This document shows positions 56,223 through 64,000 of a stretch of DNA of 64,000 nt, in pieces. Origin of the DNA: Candidatus Hodarchaeota archaeon. GTDB lineage: Archaea; Asgardarchaeota; Lokiarchaeia; Sigyniarchaeales; SOKP01. The stretch spans positions 100,335 through 164,334 of the forward strand of contig JBHLJY010000001.1 in assembly GCA_048887225.1 (NCBI GenBank), written 5' to 3'. The notes beneath the pieces are model-generated. The model was given only the letters and a program-made list of their open reading frames with translations. It was not told the DNA's origin and did not search any database. The number at the start of each line of letters is the position of its first letter. Position 1 is the stretch's first letter. The position numbers and the translations under genes were made by a program.

Positions 56223-57953
56223 ATGGTTAAAATGTTAGAAAATTTAGATAAAAGTCTTATGCAAAATATTTTCAATTCTAACGAGTTTAAAGGATGGCTT
56301 ATTTCGAGAAGATGGTTCGGATATAAGTCAGCCTTGTCAAATTTAGAGTTTAAAGTATCTATTGATTATTTTGTAATTATTTCGGAAAGGATTTTTATTA
56401 CAGTAATAAAAATTATAACTGAAATTTACTCCAAATCTTATTATTTGCCCTTGATTTTTTATAGAAAAATTCAAGATATTCTCGAACAAAGCGAAAATAA
56501 TAGAAATAATATTATAAGATTGACTGAAATTACATTTAGTAAAAAACTTGCTCTTACTATAGGAAGCACCCAAAAAGTTTTTACGCTAAACTTGGTAGAA
56601 GCAGAATATTGTATATTCTTCTGGAAAAACATATTATTTAATAAAGATGTTATTGAGAAATTTCCTTCACTTTCTTTGGAACTAACCTTATATAGTGAAC
56701 AATTTCAAGATGATATTAGAATGAGAGAAGTTCAGACCTTAATAGAGGCCAGTCTTTTTCCTAATAGATATGCATTATCGATGCAGCAATTAGGTGGAGG
56801 GGATACGACTAATTCACTATTTTTATTAAATTTAATTGACAAGAGAATCCCAGATCAGAATGCAATTTCATTTGTTTTAAAATCGTATAAGGAATATCTA
56901 GAAAGTTTAGAGCCCTCTATTTTATTTGTTTTAGTTAAAAATAACTTTCCTAACGCCCCAAAAATCTATGGAACGATAAAAATAAAAGGAATCGAAACGG
57001 TTGGGATAATTGAAAACGTCCAAAATATTGGAAATATAGGAGATGTTGTATGGAACGAACTCAACGACATGATTTACGATGTATTCAGTAACATTAAAGC
57101 GGATTATTCGCATCTTTCTGAAAAAAGCGAGATCTCAAACTTAACAAAAAATTATTTCGTCGAAACTATGAAAGTTTCTGAGGAAATTGGCACCTACATT
57201 AGTAAATTACACGAATCGTTAATATTACCTGATGAACGAGATTATAGCATAGAAACTGTAAAAAGCACGAATTATTTAAAAAATTATACAGATAAACTTA
57301 ATTCAATTATATCAGATCTCCAAAATAACATAAGTCAACAATCTGAAAAAACTTTTTATAATCTACCAAAAATAAATTCTATATTAATTGATATAAAAGA
57401 AATCATGGAAAAATTCCGCTCCGAATTTCCAGAAGATAAAATAAAAATCCAACCGGTTCACCAAGATTTACATATGGAACAGGTATTATATAACAAAATT
57501 AATGAGCAATACCAGTTTTATTTTATTGATTACGAAGGAGATCCGCAACTTACTGTTGAAGATAAAAAAGGAAAATTTCCAATTGAAAAAGATGTAGCGT
57601 CATTTCTGAGATCTTTAAGTTATATTAAGTTTAACACATTTTTGAATTTTATAGAGAAAAAAATTATTCAAAGAGACCGATACGAAGTACCCGAAGAGAT
57701 CCTATATAGCCTTTTTTTCCGAAAAGCTGTTATTAGCAAAAATAAAGTTTTAGACGTAATTTTAAAAGTACTTAATGTGTGGGAGGAAAAATTAATGGCA
57801 AAACTTATTAGAGGTCTTAAACCAAATATTATATTAACTAATTATTTCACTATAGAAAGAGCTTTATACGAATTAAACTACGAACTACTATTTAGACCGA
57901 ATAAAATTATTGTCCCAATTCTAGGCTTAAAAGAAATTATTGAAAAATATTGA
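56223..57953 (+). CDS. maltokinase-like (Mak/Pep2) protein kinase-fold phosphotransferase
   Basis: 576 aa. HQDLHMEQVLY...FYFIDYEGDP...EKDVASFLRSLSY parallels the maltokinase motif HGDLHLGQVL...DFEGEP...RDVAGMLRSFDY. Confidence 0.65.
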   Translation: MVKMLENLDKSLMQNIFNSNEFKGWLISRRWFGYKSALSNLEFKVSIDYFVIISERIFITVIKIITEIYSKSYYLPLIFYRKIQDILEQSENNRNNIIRLTEITFSKKLALTIGSTQKVFTLNLVEAEYCIFFWKNILFNKDVIEKFPSLSLELTLYSEQFQDDIRMREVQTLIEASLFPNRYALSMQQLGGGDTTNSLFLLNLIDKRIPDQNAISFVLKSYKEYLESLEPSILFVLVKNNFPNAPKIYGTIKIKGIETVGIIENVQNIGNIGDVVWNELNDMIYDVFSNIKADYSHLSEKSEISNLTKNYFVETMKVSEEIGTYISKLHESLILPDERDYSIETVKSTNYLKNYTDKLNSIISDLQNNISQQSEKTFYNLPKINSILIDIKEIMEKFRSEFPEDKIKIQPVHQDLHMEQVLYNKINEQYQFYFIDYEGDPQLTVEDKKGKFPIEKDVASFLRSLSYIKFNTFLNFIEKKIIQRDRYEVPEEILYSLFFRKAVISKNKVLDVILKVLNVWEEKLMAKLIRGLKPNIILTNYFTIERALYELNYELLFRPNKIIVPILGLKEIIEKY

Positions 57954-57967
57954 AATTTCCTTAATAT

Positions 57968-58618
57968 TTACTCTTCTTTTTCTAATTTCGCAAACTCAAA
58001 CGCATAATAAGATTTAGTTCTATCAATAGGACCTATTTTTTTAACGTAATCTTTTTTTTTCTTGCTGTCTTTGTTAATCGCTTCTGTTGTAAACAATGCT
58101 ATTTCATATTCATCTTCAGGAGTATAATTTATTAGTTTATATACAAATCCTTCAACAAATTTCGCCGGACCGAACTTATTTGAAAATAAGATATAATTCT
58201 CTTTATCGATAAATTTTGGAAAAAAACCTAAATGTACACATAAATCAAGCTTATAATCTAAATTTTCTAATTGATTTTGAACCCTCGCTATATCATTTAT
58301 AAGGCGTGCAAACTTTATTCCCAACTCCATTTGAGCTTCTTCTTCTAAGTTTTCGAGAAATTTCTTAAATGTGGATCTTTTTATAACTATTAAATCCCTA
58401 TCGTCTAATGATCTAATAGAGCTTTGATCTATTATCAAATATTTTGCCATTTCCAAATAGTTTCTAATGACATTAGCTTTAGTTAAGTGCTTTCTGTCTT
58501 TTATTTCTTCTAAGATTTGATCCAATCCTTGATCAATTCTAACTGTTAAAACATTAGTTACCTCTTTTTTTTCAGAATTTTTACCCTTTTCATCAATACT
58601 CATTCTTTTATCCTCCAT
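57968..58618 (-). CDS. ribbon-helix-helix (CopG-like) domain protein with uncharacterised C-terminal domain
   Basis: 216 aa. LTVRIDQGLDQILEEIKDRKHLTKANVIRNYLEMA fits an RHH fold. Confidence 0.5.
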   Translation of the reverse strand: MEDKRMSIDEKGKNSEKKEVTNVLTVRIDQGLDQILEEIKDRKHLTKANVIRNYLEMAKYLIIDQSSIRSLDDRDLIVIKRSTFKKFLENLEEEAQMELGIKFARLINDIARVQNQLENLDYKLDLCVHLGFFPKFIDKENYILFSNKFGPAKFVEGFVYKLINYTPEDEYEIALFTTEAINKDSKKKKDYVKKIGPIDRTKSYYAFEFAKLEKEE

Positions 58619-59184
58619 GCTTGAAATATAATTCTAGATTTTTAATATTTAATCTCTAATTTATAGATTTTATATAGTAATATTTGTATTCATTTTTATT
58701 CATATATAAATATTATTGACAAAAGAATTTAAATTTAAGTAGTAATATATTGAAGGATCCATGATTGTTTAAATAACTTACGAATAGAAGCCGTATATTC
58801 CTAATTTTTAAGAATTATTTTATCTCAATCCCAAATTATTAATGGTTGGATATTTCTTTTAAATCAAAAAGAAATCCATATTGAATCTCTTTATCTATTT
58901 TTTACCTTAATTGATATAATTGGATGAAATTTAATAAGATATTCCTACAAATTTACATAATTTTTAAAAGTATAAGAAATCCAATTACCTTTTAATCAAA
59001 TATTTGTTTAATTAAATACAATTTCGTAAATACAAATGCAATTTTTATTCAAATTGCGACTACAGATGAATATAAAGTAATTTTTTACTTTAATTTTCAA
59101 CATTTGTTACAGTATAATGTTATTTAAATTACGAATTCTATTCTTATATTGTTAAGTTAAATAAAAAATAATGGCATAATAATA

Positions 59185-59508
59185 ATGGAAATTTCAGAAA
59201 GCGATATATTGGGGGTTGAGTTAGTAAACAAAGATCATTCCATTATAATTCATACCGATAAACAAATAGAAAATATTGTAAAAGCTCTATCCAGTCAAAC
59301 CAGACGAAAAATTTTACAACAAATCCAAAACAAGCCCATGGATGTAAGTAATATTGCCTCGAATTTAGGCATGACTGAGGCAAATATCTCTGCCCAAATT
59401 AAAAAGTTAGAAAAAGCGGGATTAGTAATTTGTGAATATAGCTCAGGGCAGCATGGAGTAAGAAAAATTAGTCGGTTAAAATATGATGAGATAAATATCA
59501 AGATCTAA
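59185..59508 (+). CDS. ArsR-family winged-helix transcriptional regulator
   Basis: 107 aa. It carries ALSSQTRRKILQQIQNKPMDVSNIASNLGMTEANISAQIKKLEKAGLV. Confidence 0.8.
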   Translation: MEISESDILGVELVNKDHSIIIHTDKQIENIVKALSSQTRRKILQQIQNKPMDVSNIASNLGMTEANISAQIKKLEKAGLVICEYSSGQHGVRKISRLKYDEINIKI

Positions 59509-59597
59509 ATTTTCTTGATTCTTGTTTACGTTAATCTTAATTAAACTTAACCTTTTATGATCACTTGAAGGGCGAATTTTTTAAACAAATATTAGGT

Positions 59598-59870
59598 TTA
59601 CCCCTTAATCAATTTTAATAAGACTTCTTTCAAATATAATTTCATAAGATATCTTTCAAGGGAACAAAAGTCTATTTTTTGCTTATTAGTCAAATCTTTG
59701 TAATTCAAAAAGATAGAACGATTTTTTTTGAGTAATTCAAGATAAGTTTTTTTCTCATTTCTAAGACCCTGATCAATAAAATCTTTCTTTATAAAGCTAG
59801 ATGATAATTTTAGTGTGGTATTACTCTCTAAAATAGCAGGATAATTTTCCTTAACTATACGTGAACTCAT
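59598..59870 (-). CDS. hypothetical protein
   Basis: 90-aa ORF with no recognised motif. Confidence 0.35.
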   Translation of the reverse strand: MSSRIVKENYPAILESNTTLKLSSSFIKKDFIDQGLRNEKKTYLELLKKNRSIFLNYKDLTNKQKIDFCSLERYLMKLYLKEVLLKLIKG

Positions 59871-60040
59871 ATAGAATTGGGGGGCTTTTCTATTTTAGTA
59901 AAAAATTATTTTTTGATCCTATTAAAAAAGGACTCCCTTTTGGTTTAGTATTTTTTAAGGAAAATAAGGTAAATCTAATAAGACGATAAAAAAATAGATA
60001 ATAAATGAGACGAATTTTATTTTTCGGGGGTTAATATAAC

Positions 60041-61570
60041 TTATTCTTGAGGTGTTAATATTGGAGGGCCATTTACAATTTTTTCCATATTTTCTTTATG
60101 ATTTTTCATTTGTCTTAATTCGTCAGAAACGACGTGGTGAGACATTCCATTAGTATGGAGCATTGTAACACCGCCTTTAATTCCTTGTTTACACAATCGA
60201 AATATACAGTTAAGCATCCAATTAAATTTGCCGAATGGATTAAGATACTCCTTTACTCTTCTTCTAAACCAACCGCTGTCCAAATAATAGTAAGAATATG
60301 CTTCTGCAACTAGACGATACATTTCGATATTTGTTAATTGCTCGGTCTTCATCATAGTATGAAATAGATCGTAATGTTTATAATTATGGCTCGTGACCAT
60401 ACCTTTTGCATTCATCTCGTCGTAAAAAGGAGTTCCAGGGAAGGCAGTTATTGGAGTAAATTGCACGACATCCATATCGAGTGATTTAGCATAATAGATA
60501 TTTTGTCGTACCATTGTCTTAGTTTCACCTGGAAAGCCAATTATTACGCCTCCAAAAATTGAGATACCTCTATCTCTTAGCATTTTTATTACTTTTCTTA
60601 CCATAGTTGGTGTAAGGTTTTTTTTATTCATCGCATTGAGGCTTTTTTGATGAACCGATTCAATTCCAAGGAAAACTTGCCTAAAACTCGCTTTTTCTAA
60701 TAGATCTATTAGCCAAGGATTGCGATATAGGGTGTCGACGCGAGATTGACAACTAAATCGCATTATATTATTAACTCCTGACTGTATGATCGCATCCAAT
60801 ATTTTTTTAGTGCGTTTAACATTAATAGTAAAATTATCCTCGCAGAAAAAGATAAAATTATTTCGCCAATCGACATCGTAAACTTCTCTCATTATTCTTA
60901 TTAGGCTCTTAGTTCGATACACAATATGTTGCTTTGGATCTTTCCACATTTTAATAATACAACAAAACTTACAGTTATGCGGACACCCTCTTGAAGTTTC
61001 TACTTGTCTTGTGGTTGTACCAAGATAAGTATAAAGTTTACCCTCTAAAAGATCTCGGCGTGGCATGGGAAATTTGTCTAAATTACATTCTAATCTTCTA
61101 TCGTTGTTATGAATGACTTTCCCTTCTTTATTTTTATACGAAACGCCATCTATATCTTTTAAAGACACATTATTCTTATTGCCATCAATATAATCTATAA
61201 TTTCTTTAAAGGTATGCTCACCCTCTCCTCTAACTGTATAATCCACAGCAGGATGATTGGCTACATATTCTGGAACCAATGTGGGATGATATCCTCCGAG
61301 AATTGTAGTGCAACCATGTTCTTTAGCCATTTCAGCTACTTCAAAAGCGTGATAAATTTGAGGTGTCATACTGGTTATAGCAACTACATCATATCGATTT
61401 AATTCGTTATGGAATCGTTTTTCTCTATATTTATCGACTTTAAAATCAAATAATTTTGCTTCGTGTTCAGGAACCATAGCTGCAATTGAAATAAGACTTA
61501 ATGGGGCACCTGTAATTATTGAATCCATTCCCGAGTCAATTCTCGCGGGATTAATGTAAAAAATTTTCAT
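60041..61570 (-). CDS. B12-binding-domain radical SAM protein
   Basis: 509 aa. It has an N-terminal cobalamin-binding-like Rossmann segment and SRGCPHNCKFCC (CX3CX2C). Confidence 0.85.
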   Translation of the reverse strand: MKIFYINPARIDSGMDSIITGAPLSLISIAAMVPEHEAKLFDFKVDKYREKRFHNELNRYDVVAITSMTPQIYHAFEVAEMAKEHGCTTILGGYHPTLVPEYVANHPAVDYTVRGEGEHTFKEIIDYIDGNKNNVSLKDIDGVSYKNKEGKVIHNNDRRLECNLDKFPMPRRDLLEGKLYTYLGTTTRQVETSRGCPHNCKFCCIIKMWKDPKQHIVYRTKSLIRIMREVYDVDWRNNFIFFCEDNFTINVKRTKKILDAIIQSGVNNIMRFSCQSRVDTLYRNPWLIDLLEKASFRQVFLGIESVHQKSLNAMNKKNLTPTMVRKVIKMLRDRGISIFGGVIIGFPGETKTMVRQNIYYAKSLDMDVVQFTPITAFPGTPFYDEMNAKGMVTSHNYKHYDLFHTMMKTEQLTNIEMYRLVAEAYSYYYLDSGWFRRRVKEYLNPFGKFNWMLNCIFRLCKQGIKGGVTMLHTNGMSHHVVSDELRQMKNHKENMEKIVNGPPILTPQE

Positions 61571-61725
61571 TTAAATACGCATTTTAATTAGTAAAAAATT
61601 TCTATAATTAATTTTATTTATCGGAGGAATTAATTGATAACAATTTAAGAAATCCCTAAAATTCATATGTTAGATTTATTGAATTTAAATTGATTTATAA
61701 ACTTGCATATAAAAAAAAGAGGTTC

Positions 61726-62871
61726 TTAGGCTTCTAGAAAGTAAGTAACTAAAGTATTTTTAATTTCCTCGAAATGTCCTAAATGCACCTTTGAAAGGTC
61801 GATTAGAGATTCGCGGAGGCCTATTTTTTCAATTCTTTCTGTAATCTTGAAATATGGCGTTTCTTTAAGCTTTTTAATTAATAATTTGTGTTTTTCGCTC
61901 TCTGCTAAAAGTAATTCAATGGGATTGATTTCTTCAACTCCTAATATTTTTTGAACAAAGGACAGCAACATTGTGTCAAAAGTTATTCTCATTATGACTT
62001 CTTTATCAAATTCGGCTTTTTTATAAAATAAATAGGTTTTAAGAAGGGATATCGATTCTTTAAATAGTTGAATAGAATCATTACTGAGTTCTTTTATTTT
62101 CTCATTGTAAGCTCGATTTTTAGAAACTCTCAAACATATAACAGCTAAAGTTTGATATTCAGCTACAAAATGAATAAATCGCGCTTTAGCGTTAAGCATT
62201 GTCTCTTTTGATTTTTCCTCATCTAATATTTCTCCAAGATTATCAAGAGATCTTCTAAAATAAGTAGCAATATCGTAAAATTTATTTGCAGCAGCTTCAT
62301 ATTCTTTCATAATTAATAAATTAAGCGCCCTTTTTTCTTCTACCTCGTAAAGCTCGTCAAATTTATTGATTTTCATCACAGCCTGTAAAATCAGTCTTTT
62401 ACCTTTATCTTTTGTTAAACTAGAGCGTTCATAAGTTTGTCCTGCTTTTAGCAATAAAAAAGAAGAAAGTTTATGAAATTCTTCGGGATCAGCCTTGTAT
62501 AAATAAGAAGAAGCCTTTTCCCAACTTTCTCCAGCAGACTCCCAGTCATTCATCTTATATAATATATTCGCTAGACTCATGAGCAATTTGGCAGAAATTT
62601 CGTATAATTTTAATTGTTCCGTCTTTCTAATGATTAAATTTAGACGGTGAATCGCATGAATATTATTTTTAAATTGCGAAATTATTTTAGCAATTTGAAT
62701 ATAAAGCTCATCTAATTTGATATAGCTTCCAAAATCAAGATATATTTGAGCAGCTTTTTCATAAAGTTTTAAAGCTTTTTCTCCTTTGCCTTTATCGACT
62801 AGATTTTCTGCTTCGTCTATTAATTGTATTGCCTCGATTTCTTTCTGTTCTCTATCGCGATTATTGATCAT
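61726..62871 (-). CDS. TPR-like all-helical hypothetical protein
   Basis: 381 aa with repeated A/Y/L helical hairpins (ALKLYEKAAQIYLDFG, WESAGESWEKASSYLYKA). Confidence 0.5.
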   Translation of the reverse strand: MINNRDREQKEIEAIQLIDEAENLVDKGKGEKALKLYEKAAQIYLDFGSYIKLDELYIQIAKIISQFKNNIHAIHRLNLIIRKTEQLKLYEISAKLLMSLANILYKMNDWESAGESWEKASSYLYKADPEEFHKLSSFLLLKAGQTYERSSLTKDKGKRLILQAVMKINKFDELYEVEEKRALNLLIMKEYEAAANKFYDIATYFRRSLDNLGEILDEEKSKETMLNAKARFIHFVAEYQTLAVICLRVSKNRAYNEKIKELSNDSIQLFKESISLLKTYLFYKKAEFDKEVIMRITFDTMLLSFVQKILGVEEINPIELLLAESEKHKLLIKKLKETPYFKITERIEKIGLRESLIDLSKVHLGHFEEIKNTLVTYFLEA

Positions 62872-62959
62872 TTTTAATCTATTCGGAGTGTTTTACTATA
62901 ATTGATTATAAAAAATTTTTATTATATTATAATAGATCCATTAAATAAATTTAATTTTT

Positions 62960-63844
62960 CTATAGATTATCAAGGAGTTTTATATTTTTACTTTTTAAAA
63001 TATTTCTAAACTCTAAAGCTTGGGAAGTTGAAGCAAAACATTCTTTAGCGTCTTCAATGGCTCCGTAAAAAATAAAATTTGAGAACCATGAAGCAATAAA
63101 CATAATGCTTGCTCTTCTATAGCGAGTGTGAAATTTTACGTTTAACCGAGGTGAGGAATATTTATAAAGAAATAGATTTGGAGCTGTACCAACCGGTAGT
63201 TTTAGCGAAGTACAGATTATTTGTTGAGTCTCTAAAATGTGAGCTAGGCTCTCTAAAGTTATGACACCCCCATCAATCCAGATTTTCTCAATACCTAAAT
63301 TATTTAATCCTTCTAACAAACTGATGTTATTAGGTTGGTTTTTATCAGTTAAATACGCATATCGTTGAGTGGATGTCATATTATCTGAGCCAAGAATTAG
63401 CACTACAACTGAATTAATTTTATATTTTTTAAGAATTTCCAGTTCTTGTTTGTTTTTAAGATTTGAAATGGCATTATATATATATTCATCTGGTTTAATG
63501 CCCCTTTCTTTAAGATATTTTATTCCTTCAACCCGCGCATCAAAAGTTCCACCTAAGACTAATGGAGTTTCAAAGTGATCTAAATAAAATTCTAGATATT
63601 TTATCATAGCTTTTTGTGTGTTTCCCGAAATCTCTATTAAATTTGGCAATTTATATTTTTCAGCTAAAGACTTTTGGGTTAAAATCCGCTTTTTTGCTTT
63701 CTCTTCATTGAAAATTTCTTCATTTTTTCGATTGATAAAAACCTGACCTTGATAAAATAGAGTTCCAATCATAACGGGAGGTAAATTAAAATTTCCTCGA
63801 CCAAGTTTTATATTTTTATAAATATATGGACTATTATTCGTCAT
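62960..63844 (-). CDS. MtrH-like methyltransferase (tetrahydromethanopterin S-methyltransferase subunit H family)
   Basis: 294 aa and collinear with MtrH: GTLFYQG...IFNEEKAKKRI...ISGNTQKAMIKYLEF...TPLVLGGT...IYNAIS...VVVLILG...WIDGGVITL...LPVGTAPN. Confidence 0.65.
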   Translation of the reverse strand: MTNNSPYIYKNIKLGRGNFNLPPVMIGTLFYQGQVFINRKNEEIFNEEKAKKRILTQKSLAEKYKLPNLIEISGNTQKAMIKYLEFYLDHFETPLVLGGTFDARVEGIKYLKERGIKPDEYIYNAISNLKNKQELEILKKYKINSVVVLILGSDNMTSTQRYAYLTDKNQPNNISLLEGLNNLGIEKIWIDGGVITLESLAHILETQQIICTSLKLPVGTAPNLFLYKYSSPRLNVKFHTRYRRASIMFIASWFSNFIFYGAIEDAKECFASTSQALEFRNILKSKNIKLLDNL

Positions 63845-63927
63845 AACAAATTTTTAATATTCTTTGATTTACTGTTATTAAAAATTATTAGATAATGTTT
63901 GAGAATTAATATTTATGTACAAAAATA

Positions 63928-64000
63928 GTATATATGTTTAATACAGATGTAATTTATTCCCACAGCTCTTACATTGTCCATTCTCTAATTTTTGAAAACA
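63928..64000 (-). CDS. 3' end of a gene running off the window (C-terminal CxxC motif)
   Basis: The reverse-strand frame reads ...CFQKLENGQCKSCGNKLHLY then a stop (TAA, complement of 63928-63930). The gene is partial, so it cannot be identified. Confidence 0.3.

Noticed and set aside
61726-62872. Local resemblance of the 381-aa helical-repeat protein to alpha-SNAP (KMNDWESAGESWEKA..YKADPEE versus KMAKNWSAAGNAFCQAA..FKKADPQE).
   Set aside because: The spacing between the two segments differs from alpha-SNAP. TPR-like repeats generate such matches easily, and this cannot be supported without profile or structure comparison. I kept the gene as a generic TPR-like protein.
1-64000. I searched for tRNA, rRNA, CRISPR arrays, transposases, integrases and prophage genes.
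   Set aside because: I saw no GTTCGAATC-type T-loops with matching acceptor stems, no regularly spaced direct repeats, and no DDE, tyrosine- or serine-recombinase or capsid-like ORFs. This was a reading by eye, so small or degenerate elements could have been missed.

Overview
The window is an AT-rich (about 30% GC by eye, not computed), gene-dense archaeal chromosomal segment. I count about 58 protein-coding genes on both strands. Genes show strong GGAGGTGA-type Shine-Dalgarno motifs, frequent TTG/GTG starts and poly-T tracts after their ends. I found no rRNA, tRNA, CRISPR array, transposase or integrase by reading.

The gene content is anaerobic archaeal metabolism:
- a 2-oxoacid:ferredoxin oxidoreductase
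- a tungsten-type aldehyde:ferredoxin oxidoreductase with ferredoxins
- an MtrH-like methyltransferase and a B12-radical SAM enzyme
- a GH57 glucanotransferase and a maltokinase-like kinase
- a LarA-like racemase, a PEPCK-like enzyme and an OYE flavoenzyme

Alongside these sit many hydrolases of bacterial type, two multi-PAS histidine kinases, two MscS channels and two very large sequon-rich surface proteins.

Two Rab-like small GTPases suggest an Asgard (Lokiarchaeia-like) origin. This is inference only, because no database search was possible.

Strongest candidates for novelty:
1. A roughly 100-aa alpha/beta domain (exact shared 9-mer IDATLISGF) that I interpret as longin/roadblock-like. It occurs as the cytosolic tail of a 784-aa single-pass surface receptor and inside a 450-aa Cys-cluster/TPR protein, in a window that also holds the two Rab-like GTPases.
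2. A Rab-like GTPase (catalytic Gln replaced by Glu) tightly linked to a TrmB-type regulator.
3. A circularly permuted TPP-binding beta subunit of the oxidoreductase.
4. Two independent genes whose conserved N-termini and Shine-Dalgarno motifs point to ATA/ATT initiation.
5. A DUF1761 pseudogene, a haloalkane-dehalogenase homologue with Asn at the nucleophile position, and a pair of unannotated paralogous micro-ORFs.

All family calls come from motif recognition by eye and need HMM and structure confirmation.
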